A stretch of DNA of 64,000 bases from Escherichia coli (GCF_003018255.1 NZ_CP027440.1), one strand, 5' to 3'; shown: positions 36,731 through 50,330, numbered from the stretch's first letter. Program-made: numbers and translations. Notes: generated by a model from the letters alone, not told the origin.

Positions 36731-37122
36731 AATGCTCTCCTGATAATGTTAAACTTTTTTAGTAAATCATCTGCTCGAATACGAGAGTATAGTCAGTGCG
36801 GTGATGATTTGCTTAACCGATGAAAATCAAAAGCTTACTCGCGCTCACACTCACTGTGATTTACTAAAAGAGTTTAAACATTAGAGTTATTATCTCTAAT
36901 GCGTCACTTCCAGGTGGCGTAAGCAAGATTACTCACTTCTGGGTACTGATTACGTGATCCAAATCAAATTTTTGCAAAGCTGATACCTTTCAGCATCGCT
37001 TTTCGCCATTATAGCTAACAGTTAATAAATTGTAGTATGATTTGTTGGCTACATTAGCATGTTTTGCACAACCAGATAACAATAACGAATGATAGCAATT
37101 TTAAGTAGTTAGGAGGTGAAAA

Positions 37123-37176
37123 ATGCTGTCAAAAGGCGTATTGTCAGCGCGTCTTTTTAACCTTATTTATGGCTAA
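37123..37176 (+). CDS. Candidate 17-codon small ORF upstream of ychE
   Basis: An AGGAGGTG Shine-Dalgarno (37111-18) lies 6 nt before an ATG. The ORF reads MLSKGVLSARLFNLIYG and stops 30 nt before the ychE GTG. There is no homology evidence. Confidence 0.3.
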   Translation: MLSKGVLSARLFNLIYG

Positions 37177-37206
37177 CATTATCCGGCTTTTGCTTCGGAG
37201 CTAACC

Positions 37207-37854
37207 GTGATTCAGACCCTTTTTGATTTTCCCGTTTACTTCAAATTTTTCATCGGGTTATTTGCGCTGGTCAACCCGGTAGGGATTATTCCCGTCTTTA
37301 TCAGCATGACCAGTTATCAGACAGCGGCAGCGCGAAACAAAACGAACCTTACAGCCAACCTGTCTGTGGCCATTATCTTGTGGATCTCGCTTTTTCTCGG
37401 CGACACGATTCTACAACTTTTTGGTATATCAATTGATTCATTCCGTATCGCCGGTGGCATCCTGGTGGTGACGATAGCGATGTCGATGATCAGCGGCAAG
37501 CTTGGCGAGGATAAACAGAACAAGCAAGAAAAATCAGAAACCGCGGTGCGTGAAAGCATTGGTGTGGTGCCATTGGCGTTGCCGTTGATGGCGGGGCCAG
37601 GGGCGATCAGTTCTACCATCGTCTGGGGGACGCGTTATCACAGCATTAGCTATCTGTTTGGTTTCTTTGTGGCTATTGCATTGTTCGCTTTATGTTGCTG
37701 GGGATTGTTCCGCATGGCACCGTGGCTGGTACGGGTTTTACGCCAGACCGGCATCAACGTGATTACGCGTATTATGGGGCTATTGCTGATGGCATTGGGG
37801 ATTGAATTTATCGTTACTGGTATTAAGGGGATTTTCCCCGGCCTGCTTAATTAA
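37207..37854 (+). CDS. ychE: MarC-family inner-membrane protein YchE
   Basis: 215-aa hydrophobic ORF (GTG start) starting IQTLFDFPVYFKFFIGLFALVNPVGIIPVF. Confidence 0.9.
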   Translation: MIQTLFDFPVYFKFFIGLFALVNPVGIIPVFISMTSYQTAAARNKTNLTANLSVAIILWISLFLGDTILQLFGISIDSFRIAGGILVVTIAMSMISGKLGEDKQNKQEKSETAVRESIGVVPLALPLMAGPGAISSTIVWGTRYHSISYLFGFFVAIALFALCCWGLFRMAPWLVRVLRQTGINVITRIMGLLLMALGIEFIVTGIKGIFPGLLN

Positions 37855-38591
37855 TTCCTTTCAAATGAAACGGAGCTGTCATGCTCCGTTTACTTCGTCA
37901 TTATTTTTACTTTGTTCCCGCGCAGTTATCAAAAGCAAAAGGAATGGGTGAAAATATTCTTCTCAAATTACAGTTAGTTATAAGGATTTCCTTAACTGCT
38001 TCTCCTCACCATCATGTTATTTTCGCCACATCATAATCCTGGGCTTGCTGAAGAATAATTGAAATGATATTAGTAATTCCACTGCCTTTGGTAGAGGAAA
38101 GTGCTAAATAATAATCAATTGTTAAATTATTGTGCATTTCACTACTGGAACTGTAATCAGAAAAGAGAGACATGCTTAACCAATCTCTATTTGATTGAAT
38201 TGAAAGATGTTTGTTAAGACATGGATGCAAGCTATAGATTCTGATGCGGTCAATAAAAGAGAATTGCTTAACAATTTTGCAAAATGTATTGGCGAGTAAG
38301 AAGCGCATTTGGTACTTTCCGGGCAACCGCCAGGCGATTCTTTATTGGTAATGAGAATAATTAACAATTAAAGAGCGTCGCGAAAGAATAATGTGTCTCG
38401 ACAGGGGAGACACAGTACGAATCGACATAAGGTGATCGTCTGAATCACCAGAATAAATAAAGTCGGTGATAGCAATCCGTAACGATAAAGTAACCTGACA
38501 GCAGAAAGTCTCCGAGCCTGTGCAGGGTCCCAATCCGGGATTACACATGCTGGTTAATACCAGTAATTATAATGAGGGAGTCCAAAAAACA

Positions 38592-40223
38592 ATGACCAAC
38601 ATCACCAAGAGAAGTTTAGTAGCAGCTGGCGTTCTGGCTGCACTAATGGCAGGGAATGTCGCGCTGGCAGCTGATGTACCCGCAGGCGTCACACTGGCGG
38701 AAAAACAAACGCTGGTACGTAACAATGGTTCAGAAGTTCAGTCATTAGATCCGCATAAAATTGAAGGTGTTCCGGAGTCTAATATCAGCCGAGACCTGTT
38801 TGAAGGCTTACTGGTCAGCGATCTTGACGGTCATCCGGCACCTGGCGTCGCTGAATCCTGGGATAATAAAGACGCGAAAGTCTGGACCTTCCATTTGCGT
38901 AAAGATGCGAAATGGTCTGATGGCACGCCAGTCACAGCACAAGACTTTGTGTATAGCTGGCAACGTTCTGTTGATCCAAACACCGCTTCTCCGTATGCCA
39001 GTTATCTGCAATATGGGCATATCGCCGGTATTGATGAAATTCTTGAAGGGAAAAAACCGATTACCGATCTCGGCGTGAAAGCAATTGATGATCACACATT
39101 AGAAGTCACCTTAAGTGAACCTGTTCCGTACTTCTATAAATTACTTGTTCACCCATCAACTTCACCGGTGCCAAAAGCCGCTATCGAGAAATTCGGCGAA
39201 AAATGGACCCAGCCTGGTAATATCATCACCAACGGTGCCTATACCTTAAAAGATTGGGTCGTAAACGAACGAATCGTTCTTGAACGCAGCCCAACCTACT
39301 GGAACAACGCGAAAACCGTTATTAACCAGGTAACCTATTTGCCTATTGCTTCTGAAGTTACCGATGTCAACCGCTACCGTAGTGGTGAAATCGACATGAC
39401 GTATAACAACATGCCGATCGAATTGTTCCAGAAGCTGAAAAAAGAGATCCCGGACGAAGTTCACGTTGATCCATACCTGTGCACTTATTATTACGAAATT
39501 AACAACCAGAAACCGCCATTCAACGATGTACGTGTGCGTACCGCACTGAAACTGGGTATGGACCGCGATATCATTGTTAATAAAGTGAAAGCGCAGGGCG
39601 ACATGCCCGCCTATGGTTACACTCCACCGTATACTGATGGCGCAAAATTGACTCAGCCGGAATGGTTTGGCTGGAGCCAGGAAAAACGTAACGAAGAAGC
39701 GAAAAAACTGCTGGCTGAAGCGGGTTATACCGCAGACAAACCGTTGACCATCAACCTGTTGTATAACACCTCCGATCTGCATAAAAAGCTGGCGATTGCT
39801 GCCTCTTCATTGTGGAAGAAAAACATTGGTGTAAACGTCAAACTGGTTAACCAGGAGTGGAAAACGTTCCTCGACACCCGTCACCAGGGCACTTTTGATG
39901 TGGCCCGTGCAGGCTGGTGTGCAGACTACAACGAACCAACTTCCTTCCTGAACACCATGCTGTCGAACAGCTCGATGAATACCGCGCATTATAAGAGCCC
40001 GGCCTTTGACAGCATTATGGCGGAAACGCTGAAAGCGACTGACGAGGCGCAGCGCACAGCTCTGTACACTAAAGCAGAACAACAGCTGGATAAGGATTCG
40101 GCCATTGTTCCTGTTTATTACTACGTGAATGCGCGTCTGGTGAAACCGTGGGTTGGTGGCTATACCGGCAAAGATCCGCTGGATAATACCTACACCCGGA
40201 ATATGTACATTGTGAAGCACTAA
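38592..40223 (+). CDS. oppA: Oligopeptide ABC transporter periplasmic binding protein
   Basis: The ATG at 38592 (MTNITKRSLVAAGVLAALMAGNVALA signal peptide) gives the 543-aa OppA. The track ORF starts 72 nt upstream. Confidence 0.96.
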   Translation: MTNITKRSLVAAGVLAALMAGNVALAADVPAGVTLAEKQTLVRNNGSEVQSLDPHKIEGVPESNISRDLFEGLLVSDLDGHPAPGVAESWDNKDAKVWTFHLRKDAKWSDGTPVTAQDFVYSWQRSVDPNTASPYASYLQYGHIAGIDEILEGKKPITDLGVKAIDDHTLEVTLSEPVPYFYKLLVHPSTSPVPKAAIEKFGEKWTQPGNIITNGAYTLKDWVVNERIVLERSPTYWNNAKTVINQVTYLPIASEVTDVNRYRSGEIDMTYNNMPIELFQKLKKEIPDEVHVDPYLCTYYYEINNQKPPFNDVRVRTALKLGMDRDIIVNKVKAQGDMPAYGYTPPYTDGAKLTQPEWFGWSQEKRNEEAKKLLAEAGYTADKPLTINLLYNTSDLHKKLAIAASSLWKKNIGVNVKLVNQEWKTFLDTRHQGTFDVARAGWCADYNEPTSFLNTMLSNSSMNTAHYKSPAFDSIMAETLKATDEAQRTALYTKAEQQLDKDSAIVPVYYYVNARLVKPWVGGYTGKDPLDNTYTRNMYIVKH

Positions 40224-40308
40224 TGGCAATACGTGGGGCAGGCGTGTACTGCTCCACGGTGTCTGATTTTTATCGCATTACAGAAGGCACAGGCCAGAAG
40301 GTAGGGCA

Positions 40309-41229
40309 ATGTTAAAATTTATTCTACGTCGCTGTCTGGAAGCGATTCCGACGCTATTTATTCTTATTACTATTTCGTTCTTCATGATGCGCCTCGCGCC
40401 GGGAAGCCCTTTTACCGGCGAACGTACTTTACCGCCAGAAGTGATGGCCAATATCGAAGCGAAATATCATCTTAATGATCCGATCATGACACAGTATTTC
40501 AGCTACCTGAAACAACTGGCGCATGGCGATTTCGGTCCATCGTTTAAATATAAAGATTATTCGGTCAACGACCTGGTTGCATCCAGTTTTCCCGTTTCTG
40601 CCAAACTGGGAGCCGCAGCATTTTTCCTTGCGGTAATACTGGGTGTTAGTGCTGGCGTTATTGCCGCATTAAAACAAAACACCAAATGGGACTATACCGT
40701 GATGGGGCTGGCAATGACCGGGGTTGTTATCCCCAGTTTTGTGGTTGCGCCATTATTAGTCATGATATTTGCGATCATTTTGCATTGGCTGCCGGGCGGT
40801 GGCTGGAATGGTGGTGCGCTTAAATTCATGATACTGCCAATGGTGGCGTTGTCACTCGCCTATATCGCCAGTATTGCGCGTATTACCCGTGGCTCTATGA
40901 TTGAAGTATTACACTCCAACTTTATTCGTACTGCCCGGGCGAAAGGGTTACCTATGCGGCGGATCATTTTACGCCACGCATTAAAACCTGCTCTGTTACC
41001 CGTGCTCTCCTATATGGGCCCCGCATTTGTCGGCATTATTACCGGTTCTATGGTCATCGAAACCATTTATGGTTTGCCGGGGATTGGGCAACTGTTCGTT
41101 AATGGCGCATTGAACCGTGACTATTCCTTAGTGTTAAGCCTGACTATCCTGGTTGGTGCGTTAACCATTTTGTTTAATGCCATTGTCGATGTGCTATATG
41201 CGGTTATCGACCCGAAAATCCGTTACTGA
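40309..41229 (+). CDS. oppB: Oligopeptide ABC transporter permease
   Basis: 306-aa polytopic permease. Operon order supports it. Confidence 0.96.
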   Translation: MLKFILRRCLEAIPTLFILITISFFMMRLAPGSPFTGERTLPPEVMANIEAKYHLNDPIMTQYFSYLKQLAHGDFGPSFKYKDYSVNDLVASSFPVSAKLGAAAFFLAVILGVSAGVIAALKQNTKWDYTVMGLAMTGVVIPSFVVAPLLVMIFAIILHWLPGGGWNGGALKFMILPMVALSLAYIASIARITRGSMIEVLHSNFIRTARAKGLPMRRIILRHALKPALLPVLSYMGPAFVGIITGSMVIETIYGLPGIGQLFVNGALNRDYSLVLSLTILVGALTILFNAIVDVLYAVIDPKIRY

Positions 41230-41243
41230 TACTGGAGCTCGCG

Positions 41244-42152
41244 ATGATGTTAAGTAAGAAAAACAGCGAGACGCTGGAAAATTTCAGTGAAAAGCTGGAG
41301 GTCGAAGGGCGCAGCTTGTGGCAGGACGCACGTCGACGTTTTATGCATAACCGTGCGGCGGTTGCCAGTCTGATAGTGCTGGTGCTAATCGCGTTATTTG
41401 TAATCCTGGCACCGATGCTTTCGCAGTTTGCCTATGACGATACTGACTGGGCGATGATGTCCAGCGCCCCGGATATGGAGTCCGGTCACTACTTTGGTAC
41501 TGACTCATCCGGTCGCGACTTGCTTGTGCGTGTTGCGATTGGCGGGCGTATCTCACTCATGGTCGGTGTTGCTGCGGCACTGGTGGCAGTGGTCGTGGGG
41601 ACACTTTATGGTTCGCTTTCCGGTTATCTGGGCGGTAAAGTGGATTCGGTAATGATGCGTCTGCTGGAAATCCTCAACTCCTTCCCATTCATGTTCTTCG
41701 TCATTTTGCTGGTGACCTTTTTCGGTCAAAACATCCTGCTGATTTTCGTGGCGATTGGCATGGTTTCCTGGCTGGATATGGCTCGTATTGTGCGTGGGCA
41801 AACCCTGAGTCTGAAGCGCAAAGAGTTTATTGAGGCGGCACAAGTTGGCGGTGTATCGACGTCGGGCATTGTTATTCGCCACATTGTGCCGAATGTACTC
41901 GGTGTGGTGGTGGTCTACGCATCACTTCTGGTGCCCAGCATGATCCTCTTTGAATCTTTCCTTAGCTTCCTGGGGTTGGGGACGCAAGAGCCGTTAAGCA
42001 GCTGGGGCGCATTGCTGAGTGATGGCGCGAACTCGATGGAAGTCTCTCCATGGTTACTGTTGTTCCCAGCGGGATTCCTCGTGGTGACGCTATTTTGTTT
42101 CAACTTTATAGGCGATGGCTTGCGTGATGCCCTCGACCCGAAAGATCGTTAA
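41244..42152 (+). CDS. oppC: Oligopeptide ABC transporter permease
   Basis: 302-aa polytopic permease. Operon order supports it. Confidence 0.96.
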   Translation: MMLSKKNSETLENFSEKLEVEGRSLWQDARRRFMHNRAAVASLIVLVLIALFVILAPMLSQFAYDDTDWAMMSSAPDMESGHYFGTDSSGRDLLVRVAIGGRISLMVGVAAALVAVVVGTLYGSLSGYLGGKVDSVMMRLLEILNSFPFMFFVILLVTFFGQNILLIFVAIGMVSWLDMARIVRGQTLSLKRKEFIEAAQVGGVSTSGIVIRHIVPNVLGVVVVYASLLVPSMILFESFLSFLGLGTQEPLSSWGALLSDGANSMEVSPWLLLFPAGFLVVTLFCFNFIGDGLRDALDPKDR

Positions 42153-42163
42153 GGAGTGCAGCC

Positions 42164-43177
42164 ATGAGCGTAATTGAAACTGCAACTGTGCCGCTCGCAC
42201 AACAACAGGCTGACGCACTGCTGAACGTGAAAGATTTGCGTGTCACCTTTAGTACCCCGGACGGCGACGTCACGGCGGTCAATGATTTGAATTTTTCCCT
42301 ACGTGCCGGAGAAACGCTGGGCATTGTAGGTGAGTCTGGTTCGGGTAAATCGCAAACTGCATTTGCGTTGATGGGCCTGCTGGCTGCCAACGGACGTATT
42401 GGCGGATCGGCAACCTTCAATGGGCGTGAAATCCTCAATTTGCCAGAGCGTGAACTCAATAGACTGCGCGCTGAACAAATCTCAATGATTTTTCAGGACC
42501 CAATGACTTCGTTGAATCCCTATATGCGCGTCGGTGAGCAGTTGATGGAAGTGCTGATGCTGCATAAGAACATGAGCAAAGCTGAGGCGTTTGAAGAGTC
42601 GGTGCGGATGCTCGATGCGGTAAAAATGCCGGAAGCGCGTAAACGCATGAAAATGTACCCGCACGAATTTTCTGGTGGCATGCGTCAGCGAGTTATGATT
42701 GCGATGGCATTGCTATGTCGACCTAAGCTGCTGATTGCGGATGAACCCACTACTGCGCTGGACGTCACCGTACAGGCGCAGATCATGACGCTATTGAATG
42801 AACTGAAGCGGGAATTTAATACCGCCATCATTATGATTACCCACGATCTTGGCGTGGTGGCGGGGATCTGCGACAAAGTGCTGGTAATGTACGCCGGGCG
42901 CACGATGGAATATGGCAACGCGCGCGATGTCTTTTATCAACCCGTTCATCCTTATTCTATCGGTTTGCTCAACGCGGTGCCGCGTCTCGATGCGGAAGGT
43001 GAAACAATGTTGACCATCCCTGGTAATCCGCCAAACCTGCTGCGATTACCGAAAGGTTGCCCGTTCCAGCCACGTTGTCCGCATGCGATGGAAATTTGTA
43101 GTAGCGCACCGCCGCTGGAAGAGTTTACGCCTGGCCGTCTGCGTGCTTGCTTTAAACCGGTGGAGGAACTGTTATGA
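42164..43177 (+). CDS. oppD: Oligopeptide ABC transporter ATPase
   Basis: 337 aa with Walker A (GESGSGKS), the signature (FSGGMRQR) and Walker B ([12 protein letters not shown]). Confidence 0.96.
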   Translation: MSVIETATVPLAQQQADALLNVKDLRVTFSTPDGDVTAVNDLNFSLRAGETLGIVGESGSGKSQTAFALMGLLAANGRIGGSATFNGREILNLPERELNRLRAEQISMIFQDPMTSLNPYMRVGEQLMEVLMLHKNMSKAEAFEESVRMLDAVKMPEARKRMKMYPHEFSGGMRQRVMIAMALLCRPKLLIADEPTTALDVTVQAQIMTLLNELKREFNTAIIMITHDLGVVAGICDKVLVMYAGRTMEYGNARDVFYQPVHPYSIGLLNAVPRLDAEGETMLTIPGNPPNLLRLPKGCPFQPRCPHAMEICSSAPPLEEFTPGRLRACFKPVEELL

Positions 43178-44178
43178 ATGCTGTAACCGAAGGAAGAAAA
43201 GTCCTCCTCGAAATCGCCGATCTGAAAGTGCACTTTGAAATCAAAGATGGCAAACAGTGGTTCTGGCAACCTCCGAAAACGCTCAAAGCCGTAGATGGTG
43301 TCACTCTTCGCCTGTATGAAGGGGAAACATTAGGTGTGGTAGGGGAATCGGGATGCGGTAAGTCCACCTTTGCTCGCGCCATCATCGGTTTGGTCAAGGC
43401 GACCGACGGTCATGTTGCCTGGTTAGGTAAAGAGTTGCTGGGCATGAAGCCCGATGAATGGCGTGCCGTTCGCAGTGATATTCAGATGATTTTCCAGGAT
43501 CCGTTGGCATCGCTTAACCCGCGTATGACCATCGGCGAGATCATCGCTGAACCACTGCGTACTTATCATCCGAAAATGTCACGCCAGGAAGTTCGCGAGC
43601 GCGTGAAGGCGATGATGCTGAAAGTCGGTTTGTTGCCTAATCTGATTAACCGCTATCCGCATGAGTTCTCCGGTGGGCAGTGCCAGCGTATCGGGATTGC
43701 TCGTGCTCTTATTCTTGAACCGAAGCTGATTATCTGTGATGAGCCGGTGTCGGCGCTGGACGTGTCAATTCAGGCGCAGGTGGTCAACCTGCTCCAGCAG
43801 TTGCAACGTGAGATGGGATTGTCGTTAATTTTTATCGCTCACGACCTGGCCGTGGTAAAACACATTTCCGATCGTGTGCTGGTGATGTATCTCGGCCATG
43901 CGGTAGAACTGGGGACCTATGATGAGGTCTACCACAATCCGCTACATCCTTACACCAGGGCATTGATGTCGGCAGTCCCCATACCTGATCCGGATCTGGA
44001 GAAGAACAAAACCATCCAGTTACTGGAAGGGGAATTACCGTCGCCGATCAACCCGCCTTCCGGTTGTGTTTTCCGTACCCGTTGTCCGATTGCCGGTCCG
44101 GAGTGCGCCAAAACACGTCCTGTGCTGGAAGGGAGTTTCAGACACGCCGTTTCTTGCCTGAAAGTCGATCCGCTTTAA
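43174..44178 (+). CDS. oppF: Oligopeptide ABC transporter ATPase
   Basis: 334 aa with Walker A (GESGCGKS), the signature (FSGGQCQR) and Walker B ([12 protein letters not shown]). 4-nt overlap with oppD. Confidence 0.96.
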   Translation: MNAVTEGRKVLLEIADLKVHFEIKDGKQWFWQPPKTLKAVDGVTLRLYEGETLGVVGESGCGKSTFARAIIGLVKATDGHVAWLGKELLGMKPDEWRAVRSDIQMIFQDPLASLNPRMTIGEIIAEPLRTYHPKMSRQEVRERVKAMMLKVGLLPNLINRYPHEFSGGQCQRIGIARALILEPKLIICDEPVSALDVSIQAQVVNLLQQLQREMGLSLIFIAHDLAVVKHISDRVLVMYLGHAVELGTYDEVYHNPLHPYTRALMSAVPIPDPDLEKNKTIQLLEGELPSPINPPSGCVFRTRCPIAGPECAKTRPVLEGSFRHAVSCLKVDPL

Positions 44179-44230
44179 AAGCAATAAGGGCTGACAGTTG
44201 TCAGCCCTTATTCACGCCAAAAGCGATTAT

Positions 44231-46055
<1,825 letters not shown>

Positions 46056-46197
46056 AGATTAGAAATCCTTTTGAAAGCGCATTGTTATGAGTTTACGCAT
46101 ATGGATTCATCTGGCAAATAAAAACGCGGGAAAAGCACTGGTCAGCGTCGGGGGCGGGGGTATAATGACCATTCTGTTATTGCATAGAGTAGTTAAC

Positions 46198-46371
46198 ATG
46201 AAGCGGAGTAGAACGGAAGTGGGGCGCTGGCGCATGCAGCGTCAGGCTAGCCGACGTAAATCGCGTTGGCTTGAGGGGCAGTCGCGCCGAAATATGCGTA
46301 TCCACAGCATCAGGAAGTGCATTCTAAACAAACAGCGTAACTCGTTATTGTTTGCGATCTACAATATCTAA
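46198..46371 (+). CDS. yciY: Small basic protein YciY
   Basis: The ATG at 46198 gives MKRSRTEVGRWRMQRQASRRKSRWLEGQSRRNMRIHSIRKCILNKQRNSLLFAIYNI (57 aa), as I remember for yciY. Confidence 0.6.
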   Translation: MKRSRTEVGRWRMQRQASRRKSRWLEGQSRRNMRIHSIRKCILNKQRNSLLFAIYNI

Positions 46372-46425
46372 ATGTACTGGGCACCATTGCGGTGCCCAAT
46401 AAGTTTACTCTTCCCTCTTTAAACT

Positions 46426-47679
46426 CTATTTTTGCGCCGATTCTTTACTGTCAGCTTTCGTTTCTTGTTCATCGTTATCGCTGAAAATGCCATGACCGGA
46501 GTTCAACAACATTGAAACGAGCATATCATTATTAATCTCTTCACCATTTAAAACTCGCGCCAGAATTTCGCTGCCAAACAGTTGCGGCGAGAGAATGATA
46601 TCCGGATGTACCATCTTAATCTTATTCAGGTTTTTGCTATCACTGACGGCGAGAACTGTTTTGACATCACTGCTCATATCTTTTGCCGAGAGTACAACAA
46701 ACGCGTTATCTGCATCGTTATCACTCAGCGCCAGAATGGCCCGGCATCGATCAATTCCTGCTTTCTTTAATACTGAACTGTCATTACTGTCACCGGGGAT
46801 AACATCAGCGTTATCGCCTAAGCGTTGCTCAAGTTGCTTGATATCATCTTCAGGCAAGTTGCTGATAACCGTTACGTTTTGTCCGCGTTGATTCAGTTGC
46901 AGGATCGTATTGATGGCGAGAATCGAATGTCCGCAAACAATAAAATGATCTTTACGATGCATTGTATGATTGTTTCCTTTTACAAGTTTGTTGAATCCCC
47001 CGCGGATAAGCGGACCAAAAATTGAGGTCATAGATGTGGCAAAAACGGTAATGCCGGAAATAATGACCGAAATAGTGAACAATCGTGCTGATTCAGAAAC
47101 AGGGACAATATCGCCATAGCCGACGGTTGACATGGTTTCTATCGAAAAATAGAACGCGGTCATCAAACTTTCTATTCGCGGATTAAAACCTTCGCTTAAA
47201 TAAAGCGCACCGTAGGTGGAGTAAAACAGTAACGTCGTGAAACTAATAAATGCGAAAATTGTCCCGGCTGCGGCGCTACTGTGGGAGAAGTCTTTGCGCA
47301 GTATCAGCAAAAACACCAGCGTAAAAATGCAAAATCCAATACTAAATTTCAGCCAGGGATAAAAATGCAGGGTGTAAATTAGCGCTATCAACAACAAAAT
47401 GATACTGATTGCCCATGCGAGCTTTGCCCGGAACAGTAAGCCAATGGAGTTCAGGACAAGAAAGACGCCGAGCATAAAGAGTGGGGCGTTTGCCAGCAAG
47501 GAGAGATCCAACTCTGAAAATGCTTTGATATGGAAAATATCTAGCAAATTGACCGACATACCATAGATTGTTTTAAAAATAAGCAATCCATTTAAAAAGA
47601 CGGCCAGCGCGAGAATGTCGTGCCGTAGGGTCACCCATAAATTAGTTGCTGTTTGTTTGAATGTAGCCCAGTGACTCAC
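46426..47679 (-). CDS. kch: Voltage-gated K+ channel Kch
   Basis: A GTG at 47679 (SHWATFKQTATNLW..) gives a 417-aa protein with the selectivity filter TVGYGD and an RCK/TrkA-N domain. Confidence 0.94.
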   Translation of the reverse strand: MSHWATFKQTATNLWVTLRHDILALAVFLNGLLIFKTIYGMSVNLLDIFHIKAFSELDLSLLANAPLFMLGVFLVLNSIGLLFRAKLAWAISIILLLIALIYTLHFYPWLKFSIGFCIFTLVFLLILRKDFSHSSAAAGTIFAFISFTTLLFYSTYGALYLSEGFNPRIESLMTAFYFSIETMSTVGYGDIVPVSESARLFTISVIISGITVFATSMTSIFGPLIRGGFNKLVKGNNHTMHRKDHFIVCGHSILAINTILQLNQRGQNVTVISNLPEDDIKQLEQRLGDNADVIPGDSNDSSVLKKAGIDRCRAILALSDNDADNAFVVLSAKDMSSDVKTVLAVSDSKNLNKIKMVHPDIILSPQLFGSEILARVLNGEEINNDMLVSMLLNSGHGIFSDNDEQETKADSKESAQK

Positions 47680-47979
47680 TGATACCTCTGTAACCACAAT
47701 TTTGTTTAATTATCTTAGCGTGCACATTTTCTGAACATACATGCAGCGCGTGAATGTGTTAAACAATAGTAGATGACTTTATCCGCAGTAATCAAAGGTT
47801 TTGAGTGAGCAACTCTGCGTCAGGAAAGGGCATTTTTCCTGAATATGCTCACATCATATAAAGAAATACAGATAAAGTTATTATCTGCTTGTGGTGGTAA
47901 ATGCAATGACTGACCTATAAGGAAAGGCCAAACAAGAACACGGTTGCTAAAACCGTGCCCTTAAATATTGAATTTCTAT

Positions 47980-48276
47980 TCAGAACACTTTCTTAAATGG
48001 TTTCACTGAAACGTGTTCATAGACTCCTGCCGCTACGTACGGGTCAGCATCGGCCCAGGCCTGAGCTGCTTCCAGCGATTCAAATTCAGCAATAACGGTT
48101 GAGCCAGTAAATCCCGCAGCCCCTGGATCGTTACTGTCTACTGCTGGCATTGGACCGGCGGTCAACAATCGACCTTCATCATGCAGTAACTGTAAACGTG
48201 CTAAATGTGCCGGACGAACGGAAAGGCGTTTTTCGAGGCTATCAGCTTTGTCTTGAGCGTAAATAACATACAACAC
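47980..48276 (-). CDS. yciI: YciI-like protein
   Basis: A GTG at 48276 preceded by AGGAG gives a 98-aa protein ([24 protein letters not shown]..). Confidence 0.9.
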
Positions 48277-48433
48277 GGGCACAACTCCTTGTTCGGGAAA
48301 GTTGTAAAGTACGTTATTTGAAAGGGCGAAGATCTGCAACGGAAAGATGATGTCTTTGTTAAGACCATTTAAAAAGTAAGGTCAATTACGCCAAAAATGA
48401 CATTTTCACTGATCCTGATCGTCTTGCCTTATT

Positions 48434-48452
48434 GAATATGATTGCTATTTGC
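48434..48452 (+). promoter_or_regulatory. Fur box overlapping the tonB promoter
   Basis: GAATATGATTGCTATTTGC matches the 19-bp Fur consensus GATAATGATAATCATTATC at 11 of 19 positions by hand count. It is at the known position upstream of tonB. Confidence 0.5.
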
Positions 48453-48499
48453 ATTTAAAATCGAGGCCTGGTTTTTCTACTGAAATGATTATGACTTCA

Positions 48500-49219
48500 A
48501 TGACCCTTGATTTACCTCGCCGCTTCCCCTGGCCGACGTTACTTTCGGTCTGCATTCATGGTGCTGTTGTGGCGGGTCTGCTCTATACCTCGGTACATCA
48601 GGTTATTGAACTACCTGCGCCTGCGCAGCCAATTTCTGTCACGATGGTTGCGCCTGCGGATCTCGAACCGCCACAAGCCGTTCAGCCGCCACCGGAGCCG
48701 GTGGTAGAGCCAGAACCGGAACCTGAGCCGATCCCCGAACCGCCAAAAGAAGCACCGGTGGTCATTGAAAAGCCGAAGCCGAAACCTAAGCCAAAACCGA
48801 AGCCGGTGAAAAAGGTACAGGAGCAGCCAAAACGCGATGTCAAACCCGTAGAGTCGCGTCCGGCATCACCGTTTGAAAATACTGCACCCGCGCGCCCTAC
48901 ATCAAGTACGGCAACGGCTGCAACCAGCAAGCCGGTTACCAGTGTGGCTTCAGGACCACGCGCATTAAGCCGCAATCAGCCGCAGTATCCGGCACGAGCA
49001 CAGGCATTGCGCATTGAAGGGCAGGTTAAAGTTAAATTTGATGTCACGCCGGATGGTCGCGTGGATAACGTACAAATCCTCTCAGCCAAGCCTGCGAACA
49101 TGTTTGAGCGTGAGGTGAAAAATGCGATGCGCAGATGGCGTTATGAGCCGGGTAAGCCAGGCAGTGGGATTGTGGTGAACATCCTGTTTAAAATTAACGG
49201 CACCACCGAAATTCAGTAA
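48500..49219 (+). CDS. tonB: Energy transducer TonB
   Basis: The ATG at 48500 ([21 protein letters not shown]..) gives the 239-aa TonB with EP/KP proline-rich repeats. Confidence 0.97.
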   Translation: MTLDLPRRFPWPTLLSVCIHGAVVAGLLYTSVHQVIELPAPAQPISVTMVAPADLEPPQAVQPPPEPVVEPEPEPEPIPEPPKEAPVVIEKPKPKPKPKPKPVKKVQEQPKRDVKPVESRPASPFENTAPARPTSSTATAATSKPVTSVASGPRALSRNQPQYPARAQALRIEGQVKVKFDVTPDGRVDNVQILSAKPANMFEREVKNAMRRWRYEPGKPGSGIVVNILFKINGTTEIQ

Positions 49220-49227
49220 GCAGAAAG

Positions 49228-49255
49228 TCAAAAGCCTCCGACCGGAGGCTTTTGA
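49228..49255. terminator. Bidirectional tonB / yciA terminator
   Basis: AAAAGCCTCC-GACC-GGAGGCTTTT is a symmetric hairpin with A/T runs on both sides, between convergent genes. Confidence 0.85.
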
Positions 49256-49258
49256 TTA

Positions 49259-49657
49259 TTACTCAACAGGTAAGGCGCGAGGTTTTCCTTCAGGATCAAC
49301 CGCGACATACTTAAATAATGCTTCTGTCGCTTTATAGCGTTGCCCGATGGGTTCAGACGCGACTTTTTTCACCCACACTTCAATATTAATGCTAACCGAT
49401 GTCGTCCCTTTCTGGACACAGCGTGCATAGCAGCACACCACATCGCCGACCGCAACCGGTCGTAAGAAAGTCATTCCTTCAACCCGCACGGTCACTACGC
49501 GACCGTGGGCAATTTCTTTCGCCAGAATAGCGCCGCCAATATCCATTTGTGACATTAACCAACCACCAAAGATGTCACCATTGGCATTGGTATCGGCGGG
49601 CATGGCTAAAGTACGTAAAACAAGATCGCCCTGAGGGACGTTATGTGTTGTAGACAT
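49259..49657 (-). CDS. yciA: Acyl-CoA thioesterase YciA
   Basis: 132-aa hotdog-fold ORF starting MSTTHNVPQGDLVLRTLAMPADTNANGDIFGG. Confidence 0.93.
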   Translation of the reverse strand: MSTTHNVPQGDLVLRTLAMPADTNANGDIFGGWLMSQMDIGGAILAKEIAHGRVVTVRVEGMTFLRPVAVGDVVCCYARCVQKGTTSVSINIEVWVKKVASEPIGQRYKATEALFKYVAVDPEGKPRALPVE

Positions 49658-49761
49658 GGTAAAACCGACTTAAAAGGAAAATCACAGGCGCGATGCTACT
49701 ATGATTTTCCTGAGGAGAACAGAGGAGATACAGCGCCAGCCCCGAAGGACTGGCAGTCTGG

Positions 49762-50301
49762 TTAGGATTTATCTTCCTGCGGCATGTGGCGGTAGATATA
49801 GATACCGCTTAACAATGTGAAGATTAAGGTAAGGGCGGTCAGGCCAAAGACTTTAAAGTTGACCCAAATATTTTGCGGCAGCCAGAATGCGATGTAGATG
49901 TTTGCCAGACCGCAAAGGATAAAGAAAACAGCCCAGGCCAGATTCAGCTTCGACCATACCGGTTGCGGCAGCGTGAGTTCTTTACCCAGCATCCGCTGAA
50001 TTAGCGGCTTTTTCATCACCCATTGGCTGACTAACAGGGCACCCGCAAACAGGGCATAAATGACAGTAACCTTCCATTTAATAAACTCATCATTGTGGAA
50101 GAACAGGGTCAAGCCACCGAAGACGACCACCAGAACAAAAGTGATCAGGGCCATCTTCTCAACCTTACGAAAGCGAACCCAGCTATATATAAGCACAATC
50201 GCCGTGGCGACGATCAGCGCCGCAGTAGCCGCATAGATGTCATAAATCTTGTAAAACGCGAAAAAGACAACCAGCGGTAAAAAATCAAGAAACTGCTTCA
50301 T
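49762..50301 (-). CDS. yciB: Inner-membrane protein YciB (IspZ)
   Basis: 179-aa hydrophobic ORF starting [18 protein letters not shown]. Confidence 0.93.
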   Translation of the reverse strand: MKQFLDFLPLVVFFAFYKIYDIYAATAALIVATAIVLIYSWVRFRKVEKMALITFVLVVVFGGLTLFFHNDEFIKWKVTVIYALFAGALLVSQWVMKKPLIQRMLGKELTLPQPVWSKLNLAWAVFFILCGLANIYIAFWLPQNIWVNFKVFGLTALTLIFTLLSGIYIYRHMPQEDKS

Positions 50302-50330
50302 TTTACGATTCCGTAATCAAATGCTTAAGG

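Noticed and set aside
38012-38367. 104-aa and 63-aa minus-strand ORFs in the AT-rich ychE-oppA spacer.
   Set aside because: The sequence is low-complexity and AT-driven, with no Shine-Dalgarno and no recognisable family. This long spacer is the oppA regulatory region in E. coli. I cannot exclude a decayed gene remnant.
40224-40308. The oppA-oppB intergenic region as a possible processed sRNA or sponge source.
   Set aside because: I only vaguely recall such an RNA from related species, and nothing diagnostic such as a clear promoter or terminator is visible here.
48660-48830. Highly repetitive GAACCG/AAGCCG tracts.
   Set aside because: These encode the well-known (Glu-Pro)n and (Lys-Pro)n rigid spacer of TonB and are not an independent repeat element.
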